From contig OX638340.1 of the NCBI GenBank assembly GCA_951812955.1, positions 3,136,001-3,200,000 on the forward strand: a DNA stretch of 64,000 nt. Direction: 5' to 3'. A program made the translations under genes and the position numbers. Position 1 is the first letter of the stretch. Every line of letters begins with the position of its first letter. Shown here piece by piece: positions 46,307 through 56,355 of this stretch. Below the pieces are notes generated by a model. The model searched no databases. It saw only the letters and a list, made by a program, of their open reading frames with translations, and had not been told where the DNA came from. This DNA comes from an uncultured Gemmatimonadota bacterium (GTDB lineage: Bacteria; JAAXHH01).

Positions 46307-48274
46307 ATGGCAAAGATCGACATCACAAAGACCGAATTGGTCTGGCCTGGAAAGTTCGATGAGGATGGAACGCTTAGGGAAGTTCCTCGGGTCAACCTGC
46401 CATTTCAAGTCATCGAAACCGTGAATGAGAGTCGTGCTACGCGCGAAGTAAAGAAAGGTACGGTGCAGGAGTCCCTTTTTGATTTCTATGAAGGTAAGGA
46501 GGGGGACACCTTTGAGGATGGATGGAAGAACAAGCTCATATGGGGCGACAATCTGCTGGTGATGGGTTCATTGCTGGAGAAGTTTGCAGGGAAGATCGAT
46601 CTGATCTACATCGATCCGCCTTTTTTTACAGGAGTTAACCAGCTAGCAACGGTGTTTCTTGGGGAGGGCAATACTGGATTTGAGAAAGAGACGTCAATCA
46701 CAGAGGATGTAGCGTATAGAAATGCGTGGCGTGACGGGGATCCGTCCTTCATGACATGGATTCGAGATCGACTCAGTCTTATGCGTGATCTTCTCAAACC
46801 GAGCGGCATTATCTTCATTAGGTTTGACCAATACTGGAGCCACAGCGTTAAACTGATCGCAGATGAAGTCTTTAGCCGGGATTTGTTTCAGAACGAGATT
46901 ACAGTGAAACGTATTTTTAAAAACGTCACAGGTCAAGGTCGCGTCTCAATTCCACTCGCTACAGATACATTGTTTTTGTACTTCCGAACCGATCAAGCGC
47001 AATTTGCAGATACCCTAGTTCCAAGGGAGAAGACGCGGCCGGGATTCTGGCGACACATGGACGATTCTTCGGGCGTCAGGCGTCCACCTGAGCGCCGTAT
47101 GTTTGGAAGAGTCTTCTATCCACCGCCTGGCAAGCATTTCAAATTTTCCCAAGCAAACATCGACAAGAAGATAGCAGATGGAAAAGTCAGACTCAATCCC
47201 AAGACTGGTAAGCCCGAGTACTGGGTCGAGGAGAGTTCAGTTAAACCCTTGAATTCGAATTGGACAGACATCCCAGGCTACTCGTTCACTACCTCCTATC
47301 CAACGGAAAATTCCGAAGCACTCCTTCAAAGAGTCATCAAAGTTGCGTCACATCCGAATGCACTCGTGGCAGATTTCTTCGGTGGTTCTGGCACGACAGC
47401 AGCAGTCGCTGAACAACTTGGCCGTCGCTGGATCACGTGCGACGTTGGTCGTTTTTCGATCCACACGATTCGGAAGCGACTGCTCGACATTGAAAACTGC
47501 CAACCCTTCGAGGTACTGAACCTTGGTAAATATGAGCGCCAGTATTGGCAGGGGGTGACGTTCGGCGGTCAGAGCAACAAGTCACTAACCGAAAAAGCAC
47601 TCTATGAGTACCTTGCCTTCATCCTTAAGCTATATGGCGCACAGCCGGTAGCGGGATTGGAACATCTACATGGGAAGAAAAACAAGGCTATGATACACAT
47701 TGGCGCGGTGGATGCCCCGGTCACCATTGACGAGATCGATGATGCTGTAGAAAATTGTGCCAAACTGAAGCAGGCTGAATTGCACGTTCTTGGCTGGGAA
47801 TGGGAAATGGGACTCCAGAATCTTGTAGTTTCACAAGCACAGAAGAAGGGCGTGAAACTAATACTCCTGCAGATACCCTTGGAAGTGATGGAGCAACAGG
47901 CCGTGGATGATGGCGATATCCGATTTTTCGAACTGGCCTATTTAAGGGCGATGATAGTAAAACCAAAGAAACTTACCGTGCAAGTTCACCTTAAAGATTT
48001 TGTCATCCCCAACACCGAACTCATCCCTGAAGAAGTGCGGGACAGGGTTACGAAGTGGTCGGACTACATCGACTACTGGACTGTGGACTGGGACTTTCAG
48101 AACGACACCTTCATGCAGGGATGGGTAGCCTACCGCACCCGCAAAGATCGAACGCTCTCACTCATTTCCGACTTTCACACTTATGAAAAGCCCGGCAAAT
48201 ACCAAGCTCTGGTCAAAGTAATCGACATCTTCGGCAACGACACCTCGCAACTTCTTGATGTCGAGGTGAATTAA
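46307..48274 (+). CDS. mod: Type III restriction-modification methyltransferase (Mod, beta-class N6A/N4C MTase)
   Basis: Motif IV DLIYIDPPF precedes motif I ALVADFFGGSGTTAAVA. Confidence 0.8.
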   Translation: MAKIDITKTELVWPGKFDEDGTLREVPRVNLPFQVIETVNESRATREVKKGTVQESLFDFYEGKEGDTFEDGWKNKLIWGDNLLVMGSLLEKFAGKIDLIYIDPPFFTGVNQLATVFLGEGNTGFEKETSITEDVAYRNAWRDGDPSFMTWIRDRLSLMRDLLKPSGIIFIRFDQYWSHSVKLIADEVFSRDLFQNEITVKRIFKNVTGQGRVSIPLATDTLFLYFRTDQAQFADTLVPREKTRPGFWRHMDDSSGVRRPPERRMFGRVFYPPPGKHFKFSQANIDKKIADGKVRLNPKTGKPEYWVEESSVKPLNSNWTDIPGYSFTTSYPTENSEALLQRVIKVASHPNALVADFFGGSGTTAAVAEQLGRRWITCDVGRFSIHTIRKRLLDIENCQPFEVLNLGKYERQYWQGVTFGGQSNKSLTEKALYEYLAFILKLYGAQPVAGLEHLHGKKNKAMIHIGAVDAPVTIDEIDDAVENCAKLKQAELHVLGWEWEMGLQNLVVSQAQKKGVKLILLQIPLEVMEQQAVDDGDIRFFELAYLRAMIVKPKKLTVQVHLKDFVIPNTELIPEEVRDRVTKWSDYIDYWTVDWDFQNDTFMQGWVAYRTRKDRTLSLISDFHTYEKPGKYQALVKVIDIFGNDTSQLLDVEVN

Positions 48275-48276
48275 CC

Positions 48277-51120
48277 ATGGCAAAAGCCGTCATCAATTAC
48301 GACAAGGAGTTGCCGGAGATTCAAGATCGGCGACCTTGGGAAAAGCCCGGATCCTACTTGGTCAAGGACGAAGAGGAGCCAACGGGTTGGCGGGAGGATA
48401 CTTCCGGCCGTCGCCCGACCAAGCTTCTGCTGGTGCCTAAAATCCGTAAGGCCGTTGATGCGTGGCGAGACAGTGGCTACAAAGGAGCATCGGAAGTCTC
48501 CCTGCGCTTGTTTGAGTATTGGTTCCATGAGGATCACAAGGTCAACGGATTCGATACGCCGTTCCGGTACTACTTCTGCCAACGAGAAGCTATAGAAACG
48601 CTGGTCTGGTTGGTGGAGGTCGCCTGCCAGCAGGACGCGATAGCGCTTATAGAGAAATATGGATCGTTCTATCAACTGGACCTTCTATCGAAAAACATTG
48701 AGTTTCAGACTACCATAGATGGCAGGCGGCAGATTCGTCGATACATACCAGAACTGGAACAACATGGCATACAGGACTTACCGTCCAAAGAATTGCGTCG
48801 CTACGCCTTCAAGATGGCCACTGGGTCGGGTAAAACCTGGGTGATGGCCATGATGGTCGTCTGGTCGTGTTTCCACAAGCAGCGCGTACCTGGTTCGAAA
48901 CTTTCCACGAATTTCCTTATCGTAGCCCCCAATGTGATCGTCTATCAGCGGCTGGAGAAGGACTTTGCAAACAACCGGATATTTAATGAGTTACCATTGA
49001 TCCCGCCGGAATGGAAAGGCAATTTTAACCAAAAGGTGATTTTGCGCGGGGAAGTCGCTGAGCCCGACCCGTCGGGGAATCTGTTTCTTACGAATATCCA
49101 TCAACTGTACGAATCTCGCGATCAGAAGTGGACCCCGGGAAACGCCGTCGAAGCCCTCCTGGGCAAGACCCCCGCGCCAGATCTCGCGGCATCTGGTCAG
49201 CGGACCATGCTGGAGTGCGTGAAGTATCTAAAAGACCTCGTCGTGCTAAATGACGAAGCCCACCACGTCCATGATGACGACCTATCCTGGAATCAATCTC
49301 TGCTGGCTATTGATAATGCGTTGCCGAAGGGACTCTGCGCTTGGCTCGACTTTTCAGCCACGCCGAAAGACCAGAACGGCATGTACTTCCCTTGGACCGT
49401 TGTGGACTACCCGTTGGCACAGGCCGTGGAGGATAGAATCGTCAAAGCCCCACTCATCGTAACCAAGGGGGATGATCCCAATCAGCCGACCGAAGATCCC
49501 GATGGGATCACTAAGGAGAACGTAGCACAGAAATACGGTTACTGGCTACAGGCCGCCGCGCAACGTTGGAAGGAACACTGGCAGATTTACAGGAAGCTCG
49601 GGACCAAGCCTGTCCTCTTTGTCATGGCTGAAAAAAACATCTATGCAGATGCCCTGGGAGAGTATCTGTGGAAGACTAAGGAATTTGGTTTCAAGGAATC
49701 CGAGGTACTCGTTATCCATACGGACAATACGGGTGAAGTTCGGAAAGGGGATATCGAGAAAGCCCGGAAGGCTGCAAGAGACATCGATAAGGCAGAGAGC
49801 AAAATAAAAGTGATCGTCAGCGTTATGATGCTGCGCGAGGGTTGGGACGTTCGGAATGTTACAGTGGTACTGGGTTTGCGCCCCTATACTGCGAAAGCCG
49901 AGATATTGCCGGAACAGGTGATCGGTCGCGGACTTCGTCTGATGACCCAGGTAAGCCCCGACCAAACGCAGACCCTTGAGGTGCTCGGAACGCGTAACCT
50001 GCTCGAAGTGCTACGCGATCAACTTGAGGCTGAGGGCGTCGGAGTAGCGAGTACGAAGGACAATACGCCACTGCCAGTCATCATTGAGCCGGTGCAGGAA
50101 CGACTGAATTACGACATCGCCATTCCAATCACGAAACCGAGTCTAACACATGATTTCCGCAAACTGTCCACCGTTGATGTGCCATCGCTGGAAGCGATTT
50201 ACGATCAGGAAGAACTGGCCGAACCGTTTCGGGTCGGTCTGAAGATGGAATTCGCAATGACGGAGACCGAGGTTCATCAAGCCGACGTTGCGTTGCAACT
50301 CCGACCTGCCCAGGAGCTTTTGGCGAGCATCGCCAACAAGACGGCTGAGCGCGCCAATCTGACTAACTGTTTTGCGGAATTGTATCCCATTATTCAGGAT
50401 TATGTCGAGAATCGTTGCTTTGGACATAAAATTGAACTGTCAGATGAAACCATTCGCTCCCATCTCGAAAGATTGGAGTTGCAGAATGGGATTGCCGGAT
50501 ACATGGCACGTAAGCTTTCGACGCTTTCCATTAAACGGCATGCAGTCGAGTTCGAGAAAGAGGATTACCGTCTTTCCCTGACCAGACCCTTTAGCTGGCG
50601 ACGCAACTTGCCACCAATGCAGGCGTACAAAACGATTTTCAACTTCGTGGCCACCTACAATGACTTTGAGCGAAGCTTTGCGACGTTCTTGGATGGAGCG
50701 GAAGATGTGGTGCGCTTTGCGGCACTTGGCACGACAGAACAAGGACGTTCCGGTACGACATTTCACATCGACTACCTGAAACCGACTGGGGCTATCGGAT
50801 TCTACTATCCAGACTGGGTAGTCGTTCAAAAGGCCAAAGATAACGAAGTGAACTGGATCGTTGAGACCAAGGGCCGAGTCTGGGAAGGAACCGCCGAAAA
50901 AGATGTCGCAGCGCGAAACTGGTGCAAGCGGGTAAGCAACGCCACGGGAAAGCCTTGGAAGTACACCCGCATCAACCAGTCAGAGTTTACGGATGAACTC
51001 GCGACGTTTCGCGCACTGATTGTAGATAAGGCGATTAAAACCTCAGTTCAACGACACGAAAACATGCAACCGGTAACGCAGGAAGAAATCCGCCGCTGGA
51101 AAGAAGAGGGCCGTCGCTGA
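48277..51120 (+). CDS. res: Type III restriction endonuclease Res subunit (SF2 helicase + C-terminal nuclease)
   Basis: Walker A MATGSGKTWVMA. DEAH box LNDEAHHV. Motif VI QVIGRGLR. C-terminal D..VETKG nuclease motif. Adjacent to mod. Confidence 0.8.
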   Translation: MAKAVINYDKELPEIQDRRPWEKPGSYLVKDEEEPTGWREDTSGRRPTKLLLVPKIRKAVDAWRDSGYKGASEVSLRLFEYWFHEDHKVNGFDTPFRYYFCQREAIETLVWLVEVACQQDAIALIEKYGSFYQLDLLSKNIEFQTTIDGRRQIRRYIPELEQHGIQDLPSKELRRYAFKMATGSGKTWVMAMMVVWSCFHKQRVPGSKLSTNFLIVAPNVIVYQRLEKDFANNRIFNELPLIPPEWKGNFNQKVILRGEVAEPDPSGNLFLTNIHQLYESRDQKWTPGNAVEALLGKTPAPDLAASGQRTMLECVKYLKDLVVLNDEAHHVHDDDLSWNQSLLAIDNALPKGLCAWLDFSATPKDQNGMYFPWTVVDYPLAQAVEDRIVKAPLIVTKGDDPNQPTEDPDGITKENVAQKYGYWLQAAAQRWKEHWQIYRKLGTKPVLFVMAEKNIYADALGEYLWKTKEFGFKESEVLVIHTDNTGEVRKGDIEKARKAARDIDKAESKIKVIVSVMMLREGWDVRNVTVVLGLRPYTAKAEILPEQVIGRGLRLMTQVSPDQTQTLEVLGTRNLLEVLRDQLEAEGVGVASTKDNTPLPVIIEPVQERLNYDIAIPITKPSLTHDFRKLSTVDVPSLEAIYDQEELAEPFRVGLKMEFAMTETEVHQADVALQLRPAQELLASIANKTAERANLTNCFAELYPIIQDYVENRCFGHKIELSDETIRSHLERLELQNGIAGYMARKLSTLSIKRHAVEFEKEDYRLSLTRPFSWRRNLPPMQAYKTIFNFVATYNDFERSFATFLDGAEDVVRFAALGTTEQGRSGTTFHIDYLKPTGAIGFYYPDWVVVQKAKDNEVNWIVETKGRVWEGTAEKDVAARNWCKRVSNATGKPWKYTRINQSEFTDELATFRALIVDKAIKTSVQRHENMQPVTQEEIRRWKEEGRR

Positions 51121-51542
51121 TGGCCACTGTGATCGATGCTTCGGTGATGGTAGCCTTCCTGTTACGCAACGAAGATAATAGTCGTTACGCACGACGAATA
51201 GTCGAAAGACTTGATAGGGAAGAACTGATCGTGCCGAGGATTTTCTGGTATGAAGTTCGTAATGTTCTATTGAAGGCGAAACGGAACAATCGAATTGGGC
51301 AACAGGATTTTGAAGATTGCCTGATTCAACTCACGGATGAGATTTCACCGACAGAGGATGACAGAAACGACGAAGATAGGACGTTGGACCTCGCACTACG
51401 TCATAACCTTACGGTATATGACGCAAGCTATCTCGAGACGGCCATCAGACGCAAAGCTAGCTTGGCGACCTTCGATCGAAACCTCGCGGATGCGGCCTCT
51501 AGCGAAAGAGTTGAGAATCCGGCAGTCGGTTTTAGCGCTTAG
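51120..51542 (+). CDS. PIN domain ribonuclease (VapC-like), no adjacent antitoxin
   Basis: VIDASVMVAFLL (Asp5), EVRN (Glu), TVYDASYLE (Asp), TFDRNL (Asp). Start overlaps the res stop. Confidence 0.75.
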   Translation: MATVIDASVMVAFLLRNEDNSRYARRIVERLDREELIVPRIFWYEVRNVLLKAKRNNRIGQQDFEDCLIQLTDEISPTEDDRNDEDRTLDLALRHNLTVYDASYLETAIRRKASLATFDRNLADAASSERVENPAVGFSA

Positions 51543-52244
51543 GGCGGATGCATTCCCCAGAAAAGAAGAACGTGTCTTCCGCGCTGGTGCTGAATTCAGG
51601 ATCGCGGGAGAATCCAAAGGATGGGAAAGGGATACTGCCAGCAGAATTGCGACAGGGTAGGTATGGCAACAGGCCGAGTTCCACCGCTAATATGGAGCCA
51701 CGCCCGGAGAATGGCTTGCACACCTTTGTGAAGTTGTAGCGGTCAGTTTATGCGATGTGAACCAGCGCGGTGGATGTACTTCAGGCTAGATTATCACTGC
51801 GCGTTTATGGCGGAGGGTGGCGTTCCGGGCACGTAACCGAGTCTCTGGTAATGCCGCAAGGCGCAAGACGGGGTCCTGAAGGCCTTCCCAAGCGGGGTTC
51901 GGTGCGGATTGAAGAGGTGACTCCGGACCTGCATCAAGTTGATCCACAATCCCAACACTGGTGAATTACCCGTCCTCGGTAGCGCACCTTGGTTTTTGTG
52001 TAGCAGTTCAATTGGGAATGCTGACCTTCACTTTGTCGCTGTGCCCCTTATCTCCTCGGGCAGATCTTCAAGCGATTTGTGGTTGGAGGTCGCGAAGGGT
52101 TGACTATCTGATTCTTATCACTAACCACCGCTTCTAAACACCGTTCACCCTGTTCATAACTCAAATGTAGTCTGCAAAACGCCAGGTACGTCGCAAGACT
52201 TCAGAAACTGTTACAGAATCCGGAACAAAAAAGGGTCACCTCCC

Positions 52245-54719
52245 ATGCCGAACTACCTTCCCCTCGACCTGTCCGCCCAGTGCAACTCCGGTCTCGAAGT
52301 CCTGATGGAAAAACCCAATGCGCCCATTGGCGAACAAACCTTCCGCGGCCTGCCATTCAGGGTCGGCGAAGACCCGGCGAAGTGTTTCATCGCACTGGAA
52401 GGCGCCACGGACGGCGTCACCGTACCGATCAACAGCCCGGCCACAGGCGTGATCCTGGCCCATCGCCTGCTGGAATCCGACCTGATGGAAGGCGGCCCGC
52501 TGGGGAAACCGGTGGCGGATTACGTGTTCCGCATGGCGGGAGGTGAGAAGATCCGCGTACCCATCCGCGAGCGGTTCGAAATCGCCCATATCTCTCTGGG
52601 CGGAAAGCCTTTCGTCGCGCTTCCGGACTCCGGTCAAGTAAAGATGCGGCGCCACAGCGGGACGTGGGGCGACGCGGGACGGCGTCAGACGGAAGTTACG
52701 GGCGACTATTCCAGGGGATACTTCCTCTGGGCCTGGCGAAACCCCCATCCCGACCGGGCGATCGAATCGCTGGAAGTCATTCCAAAGGGTCCACGGTTCA
52801 TCATCGCCGGACTTACGGTTTCCCAGGCGAATGAACATCCCTTCGTCCGCCAGGGGAAACGGGAAGCGCGCCTGACCCTGACCGATCCGGAAGACGCCGA
52901 GAAGCCCTTCGATCTGAGCGTAAACGTGGACCGGGGAATCGCCTCCTACGTCCATCCCCTGCCCGAGGCTTCGGCCGATGATTTCGTCGAAGATGATTTC
53001 GCCGGGTGGGGCGAGACGCAGAACCCGAAGTCGAGCCCGGCGTACGTCGAGGTCGCCGCGATCCCTTCGGCCACGGTGACGGTGAAGCAGGGCGAGGAAA
53101 AGGTGGGCGAGGTCAGGTGGGGCGACGTCGAGCAGAAGAAGGTCGTCGAGACGCCTCGCATGAAGGTGGAACTCCTGGACCGGGGCCGGAACTGGGTGAA
53201 TGTCACGGTTCTCGACGACGATACGGGAAGGCCGGTTCCGTGCCGCGTCCACTTCCGCTCGCCGGAAGGCATTCCCTACCAGCCCTACGGCCACCACAAC
53301 CAGGTCAACTCCAATCTGGACACCTGGCATGTCGACATCGGCGGAGACCTCCGGCTCGGACAGATCACCTACGCATACATCGACGGCAAGTGCCAGGGAT
53401 GGCTGCCCCGCGGCGAGGTGATCGTGGACGTGGCGCGGGGTTTCGAGTACGAGCCGCTGCGGACCCGGGTGAAGATCGAACCCGGTCAGCAAGATCTGAC
53501 CCTGCGGCTCAAACGTTGGGTAAACATGAACGCGCAGGGGTGGTACAGCGGGGATTCCCACGTCCACTTCCTCTCCACGCAGGGCAGCCACACGGAATCC
53601 CAGGGGGAGGACCTGAACATCGTGAACCTGCTCCCGTCGCAGTGGGGCAATCTCTTCACGAATACGGAGGATTTCACGGGCCGGCCGAGTATCTCGCAGG
53701 ACGGGAACAACATCGTCTACGTCGGCCAGGAAAACCGCCAGCACTTCCTGGGACACCTCATTCTCTGGGGCCTGAAGGAGCCGGTCATGCCCTGGTGCAG
53801 CGACGGTCCGGGCGAGGCGGAACTGGGCGGTACGCTGGAAATCACGATGAGCGACTGGGCGGACCAGTGCCACGCGCAGGGCGGTTCGGTCATTATCCCC
53901 CATCTCCCGAATCCGAACGGCGAGCCCGCGGCACTGATCGCCACGGGCCGCGCGGACGGCGTGGAGATGCTACGGCACCAGCCCTTCAACCACATCGAAT
54001 ACTACCGCTATCTTAACTGCGGATATAAGCTGCCGCTGGTGGGCGGGACGGACAAGATGAGCAGCGACGTGCCCGTCGGGCTATACCGCACCTACGCCTA
54101 CATGCCCGACCAGGACTTCACCTACGACAACTGGTGCGACGCCGTGTCCAAGGGCCGGACGTTCCACAGCGGCGGTCCGATCATCCACCTCTCCGTGGAC
54201 GGGCACGACGTCGGTGATACCGTGCAGGTGTCGAGGCCCGGAACGGTGGAGGTCCAGGCGTGGTCGGAGAGCATCTTCCCGATCCATACCCTGGAGATCG
54301 TCCAGGGCGGGCGGGTCGTGGCCTCCACGGAAGACCGCAACGGCGCTCGCCGACTGGAACTGAAGGCGCGGGTGAAGGTGGAGGGGCATACCTGGCTGGC
54401 CGCGCGGTGCGCGGGTCCCGACTATTCGAGCGTGCCCCATCACGACGGCTGGGGACGGGGGATCTTCGCCCACACCTCGCCGATCTACATCGCCTGCGGG
54501 GGCGAGTGGTGGATGTTCGACAAGGATGCCGCCCAATACATGCTCACCCTCATCGACGGCGACCTGCAGTACATCCGCCGCACCGCGGCGAGGCACGAGC
54601 CCGGCACGGCCACCCATCATCACGGCGAGGAAGATCATCTCGCCTACCTGGAGAGACCGTTTGTCGAGGCCAGGGAGGCGATTCACAAAAGGATGCACCA
54701 GTTGGGGATACCGCACTGA
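52245..54719 (+). CDS. large hypothetical protein with central PHP/CehA-McbA-like metallohydrolase region
   Basis: 824-aa ORF. WYSGDSHVHF, His-rich metal-site-like segments (HHNQ, PHHDGWGRG, THHHGEEDH). No other family recognised. Confidence 0.4.
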   Translation: MPNYLPLDLSAQCNSGLEVLMEKPNAPIGEQTFRGLPFRVGEDPAKCFIALEGATDGVTVPINSPATGVILAHRLLESDLMEGGPLGKPVADYVFRMAGGEKIRVPIRERFEIAHISLGGKPFVALPDSGQVKMRRHSGTWGDAGRRQTEVTGDYSRGYFLWAWRNPHPDRAIESLEVIPKGPRFIIAGLTVSQANEHPFVRQGKREARLTLTDPEDAEKPFDLSVNVDRGIASYVHPLPEASADDFVEDDFAGWGETQNPKSSPAYVEVAAIPSATVTVKQGEEKVGEVRWGDVEQKKVVETPRMKVELLDRGRNWVNVTVLDDDTGRPVPCRVHFRSPEGIPYQPYGHHNQVNSNLDTWHVDIGGDLRLGQITYAYIDGKCQGWLPRGEVIVDVARGFEYEPLRTRVKIEPGQQDLTLRLKRWVNMNAQGWYSGDSHVHFLSTQGSHTESQGEDLNIVNLLPSQWGNLFTNTEDFTGRPSISQDGNNIVYVGQENRQHFLGHLILWGLKEPVMPWCSDGPGEAELGGTLEITMSDWADQCHAQGGSVIIPHLPNPNGEPAALIATGRADGVEMLRHQPFNHIEYYRYLNCGYKLPLVGGTDKMSSDVPVGLYRTYAYMPDQDFTYDNWCDAVSKGRTFHSGGPIIHLSVDGHDVGDTVQVSRPGTVEVQAWSESIFPIHTLEIVQGGRVVASTEDRNGARRLELKARVKVEGHTWLAARCAGPDYSSVPHHDGWGRGIFAHTSPIYIACGGEWWMFDKDAAQYMLTLIDGDLQYIRRTAARHEPGTATHHHGEEDHLAYLERPFVEAREAIHKRMHQLGIPH

Positions 54720-54760
54720 CGCAAAAAAGACGGTATGCGCGAAACAAGGAGGAGAACTTC

Positions 54761-55648
54761 ATGGGTACCAAACGAGAAGTACGTATCGGTTGCGTACAGA
54801 TACCTGCATCGGAAACCTTCGACGAGGCTATCGAGATCGCCTGCCGTCTTGCGGGAAGAGTGGTGGAAGATGGCGCTGAACTGGTGTGCCTGCCCGAGTA
54901 TTGCGGCGGGCTGATGACCGACCGGGGAGCGCTGAAGCCCCCGGCGGCGCCGGAGGCGAGCCACCCCGTGCTTGCGGCCCTGCGGGAATTCACCCGCGAC
55001 GCCGGCGTGTGGACGCTTATCGGATCCGTGGCGGTGGAAGGACTCGATGGCCGACTCATCAACCGCGGTTACCTGGTGGACGACCAGGGGGAAATCCGTG
55101 CGCGCTATGACAAGATCCATATGTTCGACGTCGATTTCTCGGCGACCGAGAAATACCGTGAGTCAGACGTTATCTCCCCTGGCGACACGGCCGTGGTCGC
55201 CGATACGCCCTGGGGCCGGCTGGGCATGACCACCTGCTATGATCTCCGCTTTCCCCATCTCTACCGGTCACTGGCCCAGGCCGGCGCCGAGATGCTCGCC
55301 GTACCGGCGGCGTTCACGAAGACGTCGGGACAGGCCCACTGGCACGTGCTGAACCGCGCGCGGGCCATCGAGAACGGCGCCGTGGTGGTCTCTCCCTGTG
55401 CGACGGGTTCGATACCGGGCGGCGGCGAGGTCTACGGCCATTCGCTCATCATATCGCCCTGGGGCGAGGTCCTGGCCGATGGCGGCGAAGAGGTGGGTGT
55501 CATTGTCGCGACGGTGAACATGGACAGTGTCGCCAGCGCCCGCAACCGCGTGCCGAGTCTACAACACGACCGCCCGTTCAACCTGCAAGCGAAATCCGGG
55601 ACGGACCTGCAGACGAAATCCGGGACGGACCGCCGATCGGTGGCCTGA
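54761..55648 (+). CDS. carbon-nitrogen hydrolase (nitrilase superfamily)
   Basis: Catalytic triad context: E in CLPEY, K in YDKIHMF, C in MTTCYDLRFP. SD AAGGAGGAG before ATG 54761. Confidence 0.8.
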   Translation: MGTKREVRIGCVQIPASETFDEAIEIACRLAGRVVEDGAELVCLPEYCGGLMTDRGALKPPAAPEASHPVLAALREFTRDAGVWTLIGSVAVEGLDGRLINRGYLVDDQGEIRARYDKIHMFDVDFSATEKYRESDVISPGDTAVVADTPWGRLGMTTCYDLRFPHLYRSLAQAGAEMLAVPAAFTKTSGQAHWHVLNRARAIENGAVVVSPCATGSIPGGGEVYGHSLIISPWGEVLADGGEEVGVIVATVNMDSVASARNRVPSLQHDRPFNLQAKSGTDLQTKSGTDRRSVA

Positions 55649-55774
55649 GCCGGCCTTGTGGTCCATCCTCACATATGAGACGGCAGGTCGCGGTGCGGTA
55701 GCGCCAGGGCGCGGTGGCCGTAACAGGATCCGTTATGTATCGCGTTCTGTCCAATTCTATGTACTGATAATCTC

Positions 55775-56287
55775 TTGGAGCACTTTCCAGTGAAAGATCT
55801 CATCCTGGTACGGCACGCCAAGTCGAGCTGGAGGGACCCATCCCTCGATGACCATAGTCGGCCGCTCAACAAGCGCGGGAAGCGGGACGCCCCCGAGATG
55901 GGCGTCCGGCTGGCGCGTCGTGGGTATGCTCCCGACCTGCTCATTTCGAGTTCCGCTGTCCGTGCCCTGGAGACGGCGAGGACGATTGCGGAGAAACTCG
56001 ATTATCCGCAATCGCGGATCCGGGTGGAGAAGCTGCTCTATCTGGCGGGCGTCGACGTATTGCTCGAAGTGGTTCGCGGCGTGGCCTCGACAGTCGAAAC
56101 CCTTATACTGTTCGGGCACAACCCGGGATTTACGGATTTATCGAACCTGCTCGGACCCCGCGACATCTTCAACATGCCCACCTGCGGCGTGTTGCATCTG
56201 CGGTTTGACACTGCAACCTGGAATGCGATCGGCCAGGTTGCCGGCGAAGAGGTGCTCTACGACTTCCCCAAGAGGGTTCAAAAATAG
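55775..56287 (+). CDS. histidine phosphatase family protein (SixA-like)
   Basis: LILVRHAKS with RHG-type catalytic His. Short length. Confidence 0.65.
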   Translation: MEHFPVKDLILVRHAKSSWRDPSLDDHSRPLNKRGKRDAPEMGVRLARRGYAPDLLISSSAVRALETARTIAEKLDYPQSRIRVEKLLYLAGVDVLLEVVRGVASTVETLILFGHNPGFTDLSNLLGPRDIFNMPTCGVLHLRFDTATWNAIGQVAGEEVLYDFPKRVQK

Positions 56288-56355
56288 ATCGCTCGCCGCA
56301 CGCGCGCACCGGCCTGTAGGTAATATCTACGTGGTAAGCAGGAGGAATCGAATTT

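Larger units (their letters stand above)
41215..51542 (+). other. lower-GC defence island (HEPN-like gene + radC/helicase-nuclease/mod/res/PIN cluster)
   Basis: GC drops to about 50% vs about 65% flanks. AT-rich boundaries at 40950-41210 and 51543-52244. All genes co-oriented; the last five are translationally coupled or nearly so. Confidence 0.7.

Noticed and set aside
41191-52009. 10-bp direct repeat GTAGCAGTTC at both island borders as an att site
   Set aside because: A match of this length is expected by chance about 9% of the time between two 300-bp regions. No integrase is present. Kept only as a weak note.
52236-53903. 555-aa minus-strand ORF overlapping the 52245..54719 gene
   Set aside because: R/G/P/H-rich composition typical of an antisense frame in GC-rich DNA. 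No motifs. The sense ORF has hydrolase-like motifs.
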